Assembly: GCA_036388575.1 (NCBI GenBank)
Contig: DASVRO010000064.1
Coordinates: 11,782 to 75,781 of the forward strand
DNA from: Allosphingosinicella sp.
GTDB lineage: Bacteria > Pseudomonadota > Alphaproteobacteria > Sphingomonadales > Sphingomonadaceae
Direction of reading: 5' to 3'
DNA: 64,000 bases
How positions within the stretch are numbered: position 1 is the first letter of the stretch; the number at the start of each line of letters is the position of its first letter. This document shows positions 1 to 9,352 of this stretch, piece by piece. Below the pieces are notes generated by a model, which was not told the DNA's origin, searched no databases, and was given only the letters and a program-made list of their open reading frames with translations. Both the position numbers and the translations under genes were made by a program.

Positions 1-1
1 G

Positions 2-1666
2 GTGAGCCCCGACGGGCGGCTCGCCGCCACCCTCGTCGACGACAGCGGGTCGGAACGTTTCGACCTGCGCATCCGCGACCTCGCCACCGGCGAGGACCTC
101 GAGACGGTGACCGACGTCGCCATCGGCCACCCGGTCTGGGCGGCCGACAGCCGAGGCGTCGTCTTCACCGAGGTCAACGAGCATTGGCGCAGCTACCGCG
201 CCCGCTACCATCGGCTCGGAACGCCGGTTTCCGACGACGTCACCCTCTACGAGGAGACCGAGGAGCTCGGCTTCAGCCTCGGCATCTCGCGCTCGCAGGA
301 CCGCAGCCTGATCTTCATCGCCACCGGCGACAATTCGACCACCGAGGTCCGCTTCGTAACCGCGGTCGACCCCCGCGTGCCGCTCACCCTGGTCTCCCCG
401 CGCCGGGAGAAGCGCGAATATGCGGTCGATGCCGCGCACGGCAGATTGTGGATCGTGACCAACGACGACCATGTCAATTTCCGGCTCGCGGAAGCGGATC
501 CGGCGCGCCCGGACCAGTGGACGACCGTCATTCCCGGCTCGGACCGGGTCTATCTGCGCGGCGTGTCGGCCTACCGCGACCATCTCGCCGTCACCGAGCG
601 GGTCGACGGTCTCGACCGGCTTCGGCTGCGCAGCTACGACGGAGGCGAGGACGATATCCCGTTCGGCGAGGCGGCCTATTCGGCGGGGTTCGGCGGCAAT
701 CCCGAATTCGCTCCCGCCGCCTACCGCCTCCATTATTCCTCGATGGTCACTCCGACCACGGTCTACGATTATCACCCGGCCGAGCGCCGGCTCGAGACCC
801 TCAAGGTCCAGGAGATCCCGTCCGGCTACGATCCCTCGCTCTACGAGACCGAGCGGCTGATGCTGCCGGCGCGCGACGGCAAGCAGGTCCCGGTGTCGGT
901 GGTCTACCCGAAGGGCTTCCCCAGGGACGGCAGCGGCAGGCTCTTCCTCTACGCCTACGGCGCCTATGGCTATGCGGTGCCGCCGAGCTTCTTGACCAGC
1001 CGGATCAGCCTGCTCGACCGCGGCTTCGCTTATGCCATCGCCCACATCCGCGGCGGCGACGATCTCGGCCACGGCTGGTTCCTCGACGGCAAGCTCGACA
1101 AGAGGACGAACACGTTCAACGACTTCGTCGACGCCGCCAAAGGCCTGATCGAGGCCGGCTTCTCTAGCCCCGGCAACATCGCCATCCAGGGCGGCTCCGC
1201 CGGCGGCGAGCTGATGGGGGTGGTCGTCAACACCGATCCGGAGCTGTGGGGCGCGGTCGTCGCCGACGTTCCGTTCGTCGACGTGCTCAACACCATGCTC
1301 GACGAGAGCCTTCCGCTGACTCCCGGCGAATGGCCCGAATGGGGCAACCCCATCGAGGACAAGGCCGCCTTCGAGCTGATCCGCAGCTACAGCCCCTACG
1401 ATCAGGTCAAGGCGCAGCCCTATCCGCCGATGCTGATCACCGGCGGCCTCAACGATCCTCGGGTCACCTATTGGGAGCCGGCGAAATGGGCGGCGAGGCT
1501 CCGGGAGGCGAAGACCGACGACAATCTCCTCCTCCTCAAGATCAACATGGGCGCCGGCCACGGCGGCAAGTCGGGCCGCTGGGAGCATCTCAGGGAGATC
1601 GCCGAGGCCTATGCCTTCGTGCTGGCGCAGATGGGCCAGGGCGGAAATGAGGACGGAGTGGGATGA
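2..1666 (+). CDS. ptrB: Oligopeptidase B / S9A prolyl-oligopeptidase family serine peptidase (5' truncated by window edge)
   Basis: GGSAGG nucleophile motif, DPRV (Asp) and GHGG (His) triad motifs, YAYGAYG, beta-propeller N-terminal region. Confidence 0.92.
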   Translation: MSPDGRLAATLVDDSGSERFDLRIRDLATGEDLETVTDVAIGHPVWAADSRGVVFTEVNEHWRSYRARYHRLGTPVSDDVTLYEETEELGFSLGISRSQDRSLIFIATGDNSTTEVRFVTAVDPRVPLTLVSPRREKREYAVDAAHGRLWIVTNDDHVNFRLAEADPARPDQWTTVIPGSDRVYLRGVSAYRDHLAVTERVDGLDRLRLRSYDGGEDDIPFGEAAYSAGFGGNPEFAPAAYRLHYSSMVTPTTVYDYHPAERRLETLKVQEIPSGYDPSLYETERLMLPARDGKQVPVSVVYPKGFPRDGSGRLFLYAYGAYGYAVPPSFLTSRISLLDRGFAYAIAHIRGGDDLGHGWFLDGKLDKRTNTFNDFVDAAKGLIEAGFSSPGNIAIQGGSAGGELMGVVVNTDPELWGAVVADVPFVDVLNTMLDESLPLTPGEWPEWGNPIEDKAAFELIRSYSPYDQVKAQPYPPMLITGGLNDPRVTYWEPAKWAARLREAKTDDNLLLLKINMGAGHGGKSGRWEHLREIAEAYAFVLAQMGQGGNEDGVG

Positions 1667-2067
1667 CGGAGCCGTTCGAGCGACGGATCACCGCGACCGC
1701 CGAGGACATCGACGAGCTCGGCCACGTCAACAATGCCGTCTGGGTGCGGTGGATCCAGGACATGGCGACCTCCCATTGGCGGGCGGCGGCGGATCCCGCC
1801 CATGTCGACGCCTATGTCTGGGTCGTCGTCCGCCACGAGATCGACTATCTTCGCGCCGTCCTGCCCGGCGAGACCGTGACCGGCCGCACCTGGGTCGGCG
1901 AGCCGCCGAGGGGCGCCCGCTTCGACCGCTATGTCGAGTTCGTCGGCGACGACGGCAAGCCGCGGGTCCGGGCGCGGACGACCTGGGCGATCCTCGACAA
2001 GGCGACCGGACGGCCGCTGCGCGTGCCCGCCGAGGTCGCCGGGCCCTTCCTCAGGGGCAGCGCGTGA
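1663..2067 (+). CDS. Acyl-CoA thioesterase, 4HBT/YbgC hotdog family
   Basis: DIDELGHVNNAVW motif; ATGA overlap with upstream gene. Confidence 0.85.
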   Translation: MTEPFERRITATAEDIDELGHVNNAVWVRWIQDMATSHWRAAADPAHVDAYVWVVVRHEIDYLRAVLPGETVTGRTWVGEPPRGARFDRYVEFVGDDGKPRVRARTTWAILDKATGRPLRVPAEVAGPFLRGSA

Positions 2068-3703
2068 TCGCGACGTCGGCCAGGTGTCGCCCCTGGCGGT
2101 TGCTGTAGGAATGGACGAATTTCGCGCCCTCCCGGATCGCAAGCGCCATGTCGACGCTGGAGCAGGCCTGGCGGCGCAGGATCCGCTCGAGCGCCTGGCG
2201 GCCGCCGGCAAAGCCGGTCTCGTCGGTGTCGAGCCGGTAGTGGAAGGTGAGCGTCGTCCCTGACGCGGTCGCCCGCTCCATCACCGTGATCGGGCCGAGC
2301 CGGTCGGGGCCGGACGCGTTGATCTGGGCCGCCTCGGCCGCGAGCTGGCGGCGCATGCGCATCTCGGCCAGCGTCTCGCGCCGCGATCCGCCTCCGGGCG
2401 TGGCGATCATCACCGGGGAGCCGGTCAGCACCTTCGCCTCGATCAGCTCGTCCGGCTGGGGGAACCACATGCTCTGGGCCGGCGTGGCGAGGGCCCGGGC
2501 GACGAAAGGATAGCTCACCCCGGCGGCGAGATATTCGGCCCGCGTCCGCTCGATCGAGTCGCGCATCTCATAGGCGTCGGTGCCGGGGAAGCTCGGCTGG
2601 TGGAAGCCGATCCTCGCCTGCTCGGGCGCCGTCCGCTCCCGCCCGGCGAGCAGCAGGCTGGTGCAGGCCGACATGCAATATTCCTCCACCCGCGTGTCGA
2701 GCCGCCGCTTGCGGATCGAGGCGGCGATCCGCTCCGCCTCGAGCATCCGGCCGCCGGGCGAGGTCAGCACGATCCGGCGCACGGCGGGGCTCGCCGCCAG
2801 CACGGTGTCGAACCGCGCCGCCGCGCCGTTGGCGAGATTGCCCCGCACCGCCAGCTCGCTGCCGTCCTTCGACACCTTCATCTCGGCGATCGCGCCGATT
2901 GAATCGCGGCCGCTGGCGAGGGTTCCGAGCTCCGTCGTCTGGAGGGCGATATCGCCCGACCGGAACAGGATGGCGGCGGCGCTGAGCACCACCAGGGTGC
3001 GCGCCGCCAGCCCCCAGCCGGGGGTGCCGCCGCGCCGCCGGTGCCAATAGGCCGAACGCCATATGCCGACCGAGCTCCACACCCAGAACAGCACCGAGAA
3101 GGCGATGTAGCCCAGCGCGATAGCGGCGAGCCCGCTCAGGCTGCCGCCGTTTTCGCTGATCCGGCCGGCGGCATATTCCACCGCCGCGGCGATCAGCGCC
3201 GAGAGCAGGGCGCTGTTGACCCAGTAGGAAACCGGCAGCGATAGATGGCCGGCCCAGTGCCGCTGGAAGTAGTTCTTGTGGCCGTGCTTCTCATTCCAGG
3301 CGAGCACCTCCTCATCATATTGCGCCTGGTCGTAGATATCCTCGTCGAAGACGAGCTGGTCGTCGCCCTGCTCATATTCGCGGCCGTAGAGGATCGTCCG
3401 GATCACCCCGACGACGGCGAGGCCGAAGATGATGCTGACCGCAAAAGGGAATGGCGGGATGACGATCGGGCGGCCGACGATGTACGGGTCCGACCGGACG
3501 AACCAGCTCAGCCCGACCGTCGCCGCCGCCATGATGACGAGGAAGGCGAGGCCGCCGCCGAACGCGATCCCGGCGATCCGGTCGTCGACCAGCCGCCTTA
3601 GGAACAGCCGGTCCATGGCCCAGCACAGCAGATAGCCCAGGACGAAGGCCGCCGCGGTCGCGGCGGCGAGATGGCTCCACTCCGGAGCAAGGATATAGCG
3701 CAT
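2051..3703 (-). CDS. Multi-pass membrane protein with a ClpP/crotonase-like (COG3904-type) domain
   Basis: About 6 hydrophobic helices, then LTSPGG...CMSACT...IGFHQP motifs typical of this domain. Confidence 0.6.
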   Translation of the reverse strand: MRYILAPEWSHLAAATAAAFVLGYLLCWAMDRLFLRRLVDDRIAGIAFGGGLAFLVIMAAATVGLSWFVRSDPYIVGRPIVIPPFPFAVSIIFGLAVVGVIRTILYGREYEQGDDQLVFDEDIYDQAQYDEEVLAWNEKHGHKNYFQRHWAGHLSLPVSYWVNSALLSALIAAAVEYAAGRISENGGSLSGLAAIALGYIAFSVLFWVWSSVGIWRSAYWHRRRGGTPGWGLAARTLVVLSAAAILFRSGDIALQTTELGTLASGRDSIGAIAEMKVSKDGSELAVRGNLANGAAARFDTVLAASPAVRRIVLTSPGGRMLEAERIAASIRKRRLDTRVEEYCMSACTSLLLAGRERTAPEQARIGFHQPSFPGTDAYEMRDSIERTRAEYLAAGVSYPFVARALATPAQSMWFPQPDELIEAKVLTGSPVMIATPGGGSRRETLAEMRMRRQLAAEAAQINASGPDRLGPITVMERATASGTTLTFHYRLDTDETGFAGGRQALERILRRQACSSVDMALAIREGAKFVHSYSNRQGRHLADVAITRCP

Positions 3704-3735
3704 GAATTTCCCCCGCCGCCGACCTTATCAACGGG

Positions 3736-4446
3736 TCAGCCGCCGGGGAAGCCGTTGATGGCGCTGACGATTTGGGGAAAGGCGCGGCCGCTGACCGCGA
3801 AGCCCATGTGGCCGCAGTCCAGCTCGACCTGGCGGTCGCTCTCGTCCTCTCGGCCGCGGGCGCAGGCCGGCGCGACCATGCCGTCGCGGCGGGACCAGAT
3901 CGCGAGCGTCGGCACCGGCGGCTTCGCGGCGGGCTCGGCCGCGACCGGTGGCCGGTCGACCCTGTGCCCGGCGATAATCTCGTAGAGACGCCAGACGTTG
4001 TTCGCCCGCGGATCCCCCGAGAAGGGCGTCGCCAGGGTCACCACCTTCTCGACCAGATCGGGCCTGAGCTTGGCGACCTCGCGGGCGAAGATCCCGCCGA
4101 GGCTCCAGCCGACCAGGACGACCCGCCGGCCGCCGCCGTGGCGTTCCACCCGTTCGGCGATTCGCTCGAGGACGCCGGGCCGGACTCCGCGATTGATCCC
4201 GAGGCCCCAGCCCGAGACCCGATATCCCGCCCCCGCGAGCGCGCGCTGGAGGCCCAGCGTGGTCCGGTCGCTGGCGAGGAAGCCGGGGATGACCATCAGC
4301 GGCGGCCCGTCGGCCGGGCCGCGCTCGCCGAGATGGCCGAAGCCCCGCCAGAAGCGCGAGACGATCGCTGTTCCCTCCCGGGCCAGAAGCCGCAGCGGCG
4401 GCCGCTCGGTGTCAGGACGATGCGCCGATCGACTGGAGGCTGGCAT
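3736..4446 (-). CDS. Alpha/beta hydrolase (esterase/lipase-like)
   Basis: IPGF oxyanion motif, GWSLGG nucleophile elbow, DG and GH triad motifs. Confidence 0.85.
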   Translation of the reverse strand: MPASSRSAHRPDTERPPLRLLAREGTAIVSRFWRGFGHLGERGPADGPPLMVIPGFLASDRTTLGLQRALAGAGYRVSGWGLGINRGVRPGVLERIAERVERHGGGRRVVLVGWSLGGIFAREVAKLRPDLVEKVVTLATPFSGDPRANNVWRLYEIIAGHRVDRPPVAAEPAAKPPVPTLAIWSRRDGMVAPACARGREDESDRQVELDCGHMGFAVSGRAFPQIVSAINGFPGG

Positions 4447-4526
4447 GTTACATTAGAAAGAGGAGAATCGCCGTTCTGTAAAGCGTTCGACTGGCTCCGG
4501 ACCGAGCGGCGATCGAGGCCGCGGCC

Positions 4527-4546
4527 TACCTGCTTTGTACCATATC
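4527..4546 (+). promoter_or_regulatory. Candidate EL222-type (LOV-HTH) operator upstream of crtZ
   Basis: TACCTGCTTTGTACCATATC; near-repeat of the motif at 10989-11008. Confidence 0.5.
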
Positions 4547-4594
4547 GGCGGCTGGAGCGTGGACGGGCCGGCCTCGCGCTTCTATCCGGCGGCG

Positions 4595-5071
4595 ATGGCT
4601 GCAGGTGCGACTCTTGGACTGAGCCTCGCGATCGCGACCGTGATCGCCATGGAAGCCGTCGCCTGGGCGGTCCACCGCCACGTCATGCACGGCTGGGGCT
4701 GGCGATGGCACCGCTCCCATCACGAGCCGAGGCACGGCCTGCTCGAGACGAACGACCTCTATGCGCTGGTCTTCGCCGGAATCAGCCTCCTCATCTTCAC
4801 CCTGCTGCCCCGGCTCTGGCCGCCTTTCTGGTGGGTCGGGATCGGCACGCTCGTCTACGGCTTCCTCTACATGCTCCTCCACGACGGCATCGTGCACGGC
4901 CGCCTTGGTTTCAAGGTCAGGCCGGGCAACCCCTACCTGAAGCGGCTCGTCCAGGCCCACCGGCTCCACCACGCGGTCCGGGAGCGCGACGGGGCGGTTT
5001 CGTTCGGCTTCCTCTACGCGCCGCCGGTCCGGCAACTCCGGCGCCGGCTCCGCGACGGGAAGACGGCGTGA
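4595..5071 (+). CDS. crtZ: Beta-carotene 3,3'-hydroxylase
   Basis: ME..AWAVHRHVMHG, HRSHH, ETNDLY, LHDG.VH, HRLHH, VSFGFL His-box motifs; start moved to ATG 4595. Confidence 0.95.
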   Translation: MAAGATLGLSLAIATVIAMEAVAWAVHRHVMHGWGWRWHRSHHEPRHGLLETNDLYALVFAGISLLIFTLLPRLWPPFWWVGIGTLVYGFLYMLLHDGIVHGRLGFKVRPGNPYLKRLVQAHRLHHAVRERDGAVSFGFLYAPPVRQLRRRLRDGKTA

Positions 5072-5793
5072 CCGCCGCCCGCCAGACCGCGATAGGCCTT
5101 ACCCTGGCCGCGGCGATCGCCGGCGCATGGGCGATGCTCCACGTCGGCTCGATCTTCCTGTTGCCGCAGGCAAGCGCCGGACCCGCCGCCCCGCTCCTCG
5201 TGCTCGCGATCTGCTGGCTGAACGTCGGCCTCTTCATCGTCGCCCACGACGCCATGCACGGATCGCTCGCGCCGGGTCGGCCGGCGGTCAATCGCGGGGC
5301 CGGGCGGCTGGCGCTCGCTCTCTATGCCGGTTTCTCGTTCGACCGGCTTCGGAAGAAGCATTTCGAGCATCATCGCAGCCCCGGCACCGCCGCCGACCCG
5401 GATTTCCATGCCGACCGGCCCACGGCCTTCTGGCCCTGGTACCTGGCCTTCTTCAGGCAATATTTCGGCTGGCGGGAGCTGGCGGTGCTGACCGGCCTCG
5501 TCGCCGTCTACGCCCTGCTGCTCGGGGCTCCGTTCGCGAACCTGCTGCTCTTCTGGGCGCTTCCGGCGATCCTCTCCTCGCTCCAGCTCTTCCTGTTCGG
5601 CACCTTCCTGCCGCATCGCGCCGGAAGCGAGCCGTTCGGCGACCCGCACCGGGCCCGGAGCAACGATTATGGCCGGCTGGCGTCGCTTCTGACCTGCTTC
5701 CATTTCGGCTACCATCACGAGCATCACCGCTCGCCCGCCACGCCCTGGTGGCGGCTTCCAGCCGAGCGGCTCAGGTCAGCGCCGCCTCGATGA
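5068..5793 (+). CDS. crtW: Beta-carotene ketolase
   Basis: GLFIVAHDAMHG, HFEHHRSPGT..DPDF, LTCFHFGYHHEHH; GTGA overlap with crtZ stop. Confidence 0.95.
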   Translation: MTAARQTAIGLTLAAAIAGAWAMLHVGSIFLLPQASAGPAAPLLVLAICWLNVGLFIVAHDAMHGSLAPGRPAVNRGAGRLALALYAGFSFDRLRKKHFEHHRSPGTAADPDFHADRPTAFWPWYLAFFRQYFGWRELAVLTGLVAVYALLLGAPFANLLLFWALPAILSSLQLFLFGTFLPHRAGSEPFGDPHRARSNDYGRLASLLTCFHFGYHHEHHRSPATPWWRLPAERLRSAPPR

Positions 5794-7000
5794 GATCGGC
5801 GGCGCGGCGAACGCCGCCCGCTTCCGCCATCTCCCGGCGCACGGCGGCGGCGCGCTCCCGATAGGCCGGGACGCGCCTCACTTCGGCAATCGCCTCGGCC
5901 AGCCGCCGCGGCGACGCGCCACGACCGACGATCCGGGCGACGCCGGCATGTTCGAGCCGCGCGGCGGTGCCCGACTGCTCGAAGGCGAGCGGCATCACCA
6001 CCATCGGCAGCCCGGCCGCGAGCGGCTCAAGCACCGTGTTGATGCCGCCGTGGCAGACGACCATGTCGGCATGGGCGAGCACCGCCTCCTGCGGCACCCA
6101 GTCGTGCACCAGGGGGTTTCCGGGCAGCCGCTCGCCCGGCCGGATCCGGCCCAGCCCGCCCTGGGTCAGAAGCAATCGCAGGTCCAGCGAGGCGCAGGCC
6201 TGCGCGACCTTGCGGAAGAGGCCGGCGCGCGAGCCCTGCAGCGTTCCCAGCGAGCAGAAAACGAGCGGACGCCCGTCGCCCGGCGGAAGCTCGAAAGGCT
6301 CGGGCGCGCCGCGGCGGAAGGGGCCGGTATAATGGAAATTGGCAGGAAGCTCCCGGCGCGGGAAATCGAGGCTCGGGACCATCTGGGAGATCTGGAGGCG
6401 CGGCGACAGGCAATCGTCGAGCCGGCGCCGGGGCGGCAGGCCCAGCCGCTCGGCATTGCGCCCGATCGAATCGCCGACCCGGCGCAGCAGGAAATCGGTC
6501 ACTCGCCAGCCGCCGCGATTGCGCTTCACCCCTTTCTCGCTCGGATCGTAGCGCCAGCCGACATAGGGCGGCGGAACCCCCGGCTCGCGGTTGATCGGCA
6601 GTGCCGCCGCGATGCTCGCGGAGGGCAGTCCGAGATGCTCGGCGACGAGGCCGCCGCCTGCCTCCAGCTGATCGGCGATCACCGCGTCGGCGCCGATCCG
6701 CCGCAACGCCGCCGGCCCCTCGCGGCAGAACATGTCGGTGAAGCGGATCATGCCGCTGATCACGCCGCCGAGCCCGATCAGTCCGCTTATCCTCGCCATC
6801 GGCGCCGTCCAGCTCGCCACCGGCGGGGCGGCAAGTCCGATCGCCTCGAACCCGGCGCCTTGCGCCTCGACCAGCGGCGCCGCATCGGCATGGTGGACGA
6901 AGGTCGCCCGGTGGCCGCGGGCGATCAGCTCGGCCGCGAGGTGGGAGAGCGGCCGGTAATGGCCGCGCAGCGGCGGCGCGATCAGCGCGAAATGCGCCAT
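5771..7000 (-). CDS. crtX: Carotenoid (zeaxanthin/astaxanthin) glycosyltransferase, GT1
   Basis: MAHFALIAPP..GH, SLGTLQG, WVPQ...HGG.NTV..P.AFEQ signature; cluster context. Confidence 0.9.
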   Translation of the reverse strand: MAHFALIAPPLRGHYRPLSHLAAELIARGHRATFVHHADAAPLVEAQGAGFEAIGLAAPPVASWTAPMARISGLIGLGGVISGMIRFTDMFCREGPAALRRIGADAVIADQLEAGGGLVAEHLGLPSASIAAALPINREPGVPPPYVGWRYDPSEKGVKRNRGGWRVTDFLLRRVGDSIGRNAERLGLPPRRRLDDCLSPRLQISQMVPSLDFPRRELPANFHYTGPFRRGAPEPFELPPGDGRPLVFCSLGTLQGSRAGLFRKVAQACASLDLRLLLTQGGLGRIRPGERLPGNPLVHDWVPQEAVLAHADMVVCHGGINTVLEPLAAGLPMVVMPLAFEQSGTAARLEHAGVARIVGRGASPRRLAEAIAEVRRVPAYRERAAAVRREMAEAGGVRRAADLIEAALT

Positions 7001-7004
7001 CGGC

Positions 7005-7877
7005 TCAGCGCGCCCGAATGGCTTCGACCAGGGTCGGAAGGAGGAAGGAGAGCTTCTTGCGGCGTGGCACGGTGACTCGGGTTTCCCAGGCGGAGGCGCC
7101 GAGCGACGCCACCCGGCGGCCTATGGCTCCATAGACCCGGGCCGCTGCCAGGACCGCCCAGCGTGCCCGGAACGGCAGCTTCGCCACCCCCGCATGTGCC
7201 GAGGCCTCGTAGCGCAACGCGAGGTCGGTGAGACGGCCGGCGACCGCGACGAGCGCCTCCCTGCGATCCGGCCGCAACGGATCGCGGCGGTCGAGGCCGT
7301 GCTGCTCGATCCACTCCGCCGGCAGGTAGCAACGCCCCGCCTCATGATCGTCCTTGAGGTCGCGCGCGATATTCGAGAGCTGGAAGGCGATTCCGAGATC
7401 CGACGCCCGCGCCAGGGTTTCCTCCTCCTCCGGTCGCACCCCCATCACGACCGCCATCATGCAGCCCACCGCTCCGGCGACGTGATAGCAATAGCGCAGC
7501 AGGTCCGCCTCGCCCTGCGGCCGCCAGCCCTGCGCGTCGAGCTTGAACCCCTCGACATGATCGAGAAGGTAGCGGCGCGGGATCGGACTTTCGGCGAGCA
7601 GCGCTCCGAGGGCGTCGAAAGGCAGGAGGCCGACCGTCTCGCCGGCGAGCACCTGCCCGGTGAGGATCTCCACCGCTTCGACGGTGCCTTGCGCCCGGTC
7701 GGTCCTGAAGCCGAGCGACTGGCCGTCGCAGACGTCGTCGCAATGGCGGCACCAGCAATAGAGCAGCCAGGCGCGCTCGCGGGTCGTCCGGTCGAACAGG
7801 CGGCTGGCCATGTGGAAGGATTTCGACCCGAGCCGGATCGATTCCCCCGCGGCGGCGACGAGCTCGGAACGGTTCAT
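7005..7877 (-). CDS. crtB: Phytoene synthase
   Basis: GSKSF, WCRHCDDVCDG, YCYHVAGAVG, FQLSNIARD; real start ATG 7877. Confidence 0.95.
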   Translation of the reverse strand: MNRSELVAAAGESIRLGSKSFHMASRLFDRTTRERAWLLYCWCRHCDDVCDGQSLGFRTDRAQGTVEAVEILTGQVLAGETVGLLPFDALGALLAESPIPRRYLLDHVEGFKLDAQGWRPQGEADLLRYCYHVAGAVGCMMAVVMGVRPEEEETLARASDLGIAFQLSNIARDLKDDHEAGRCYLPAEWIEQHGLDRRDPLRPDRREALVAVAGRLTDLALRYEASAHAGVAKLPFRARWAVLAAARVYGAIGRRVASLGASAWETRVTVPRRKKLSFLLPTLVEAIRAR

Positions 7878-9352
7878 CCGAGCAGGTCCTCGATGACGAG
7901 CCCGGCGGTCGCCTTGGCGCTTCCGACCACCCCTGGGATGCCGGCGCCGGGATGCGTGCCGGCGCCGACGAAATAGAGGTTGGCGATCTCGTCGTCGCGA
8001 TTGTGGACCCGGAACCAGGCGCTCTGGGTCAGCAGCGGCTCGAGGCTGAAGGCGGAGCCGAGATGGGAATTGAGTTCGCTCTCGAACTCCGCGGGACCGA
8101 AGTGGAAGAGGATCTCGAGCCGCTCCGACAGGCCGGGGAGGGCGCGCTCCTCCAGGATCTTGAGGATGCGCCGCGCATAGGCCGGCCCCTCGGCTTCCCA
8201 GTCGAGCGGGGCGCGGCCGAGATGCGGGACCGGGGCGAGCGCGTAGAAGGTCGACTTGCCCGCCGGCGCCATGGCCGGATCGGTCGCGGTCGGATGGTGG
8301 AGATAGATCGACGGGTCGTCGGGCAGGCTGCTGCCACGGTAGATCTCGCCGAGCAGCTCCTTGTAGCGCGGCCCGAACAGGATCGAGTGATGCGGAACGT
8401 CGGGCCATTCGCCGCGGGTGGAGAAGTGGACCAGGAACAGGGACGGCGAGAAGCGCTTGCGGCGCAGCTTGGCGGCGGCCTGGCGACCGCGGGCGTGGCC
8501 GAGCATGTCGTAGGTTCGAACCACGTCGGCATTGGAGGCGATCGCGTCGAACCGGCCGGTCCATCCGCTTCGCGTGCGCAGGCCCGAGACGCGGCCGCCC
8601 TGCGTCTCGATCCGCTCGACCGGATCATCGAGCCGGACCTTGCCGCCGAGCCGCTCGAAATGGCGGACCATCCCGCTGACCAGGGCATTGGTGCCGCCGC
8701 GCGCGAACCACACGCCGCCGTCCCGCTCGAGCTTGTGGATCAGGGCGTAAATGGCGCTCGTCGTCATCGGGTTCCCGCCGACGAGCAGCGTATGGTAGGA
8801 CAGAGCCTGCCGGAGCTTCTCGTTGCGGACGAAGCCCGAGACGATCGAATAGACCGAGCGCCACGCCTGGTAGCGGGCGAGCTGGGGCGCTGCCCGGAGC
8901 ATCGATTTGAAGTCGAGGAACGGCACCGCGCCGAGCTTCTCATAGCCCTCGACGAACACTCCGGCCGAATAATCGAGGAAGCGGCGATAGCCCTCGACGT
9001 CGGCGGGCTCGAGCGCCCGGATCTGCTCGGCGAGTCGGGCGTCGTCGTCGAGATAGTCGAAGACGGTGCCGTCGGGCCACGACAGGCGGTAGAAAGGCGA
9101 GACCGGGAGAAGCTCGACGTCCCGAGCCATGTCGGCGCCGCTCAGCGCCCACAATTCGCCAAGGCAGGCGGGGTCGGTGATGACGGTCGGGCCGGCGTCG
9201 AAGACGTGCCCGTCCTTCTCCCAGAAATAGGCCCGGCCGCCGGGCTTGTCCCGCGCTTCGACGATGGTCGTGGCGATGCCGGCCGACTGAAGCCGGATGG
9301 CGAGCGCCAGCCCGCCGAAGCCGGAGCCGATGACCGCCGCGGTCGGGTTCAT
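7874..9352 (-). CDS. crtI: Phytoene desaturase
   Basis: VIGSGFGGLALAIRLQ, FDAGPTVITDP, VGAGTHPGAGIPGV; real start ATG 9352. Confidence 0.96.
   Translation of the reverse strand: MNPTAAVIGSGFGGLALAIRLQSAGIATTIVEARDKPGGRAYFWEKDGHVFDAGPTVITDPACLGELWALSGADMARDVELLPVSPFYRLSWPDGTVFDYLDDDARLAEQIRALEPADVEGYRRFLDYSAGVFVEGYEKLGAVPFLDFKSMLRAAPQLARYQAWRSVYSIVSGFVRNEKLRQALSYHTLLVGGNPMTTSAIYALIHKLERDGGVWFARGGTNALVSGMVRHFERLGGKVRLDDPVERIETQGGRVSGLRTRSGWTGRFDAIASNADVVRTYDMLGHARGRQAAAKLRRKRFSPSLFLVHFSTRGEWPDVPHHSILFGPRYKELLGEIYRGSSLPDDPSIYLHHPTATDPAMAPAGKSTFYALAPVPHLGRAPLDWEAEGPAYARRILKILEERALPGLSERLEILFHFGPAEFESELNSHLGSAFSLEPLLTQSAWFRVHNRDDEIANLYFVGAGTHPGAGIPGVVGSAKATAGLVIEDLLG

Noticed and set aside
3772-5067. 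Apparent long N-terminal extension of crtW (likewise crtB, crtI, crtE, pstB, hisA, hisIE and the OMF in the ORF track)
   Set aside because: Stop-free off-frame runs through neighbouring genes; true starts overlap the upstream stops
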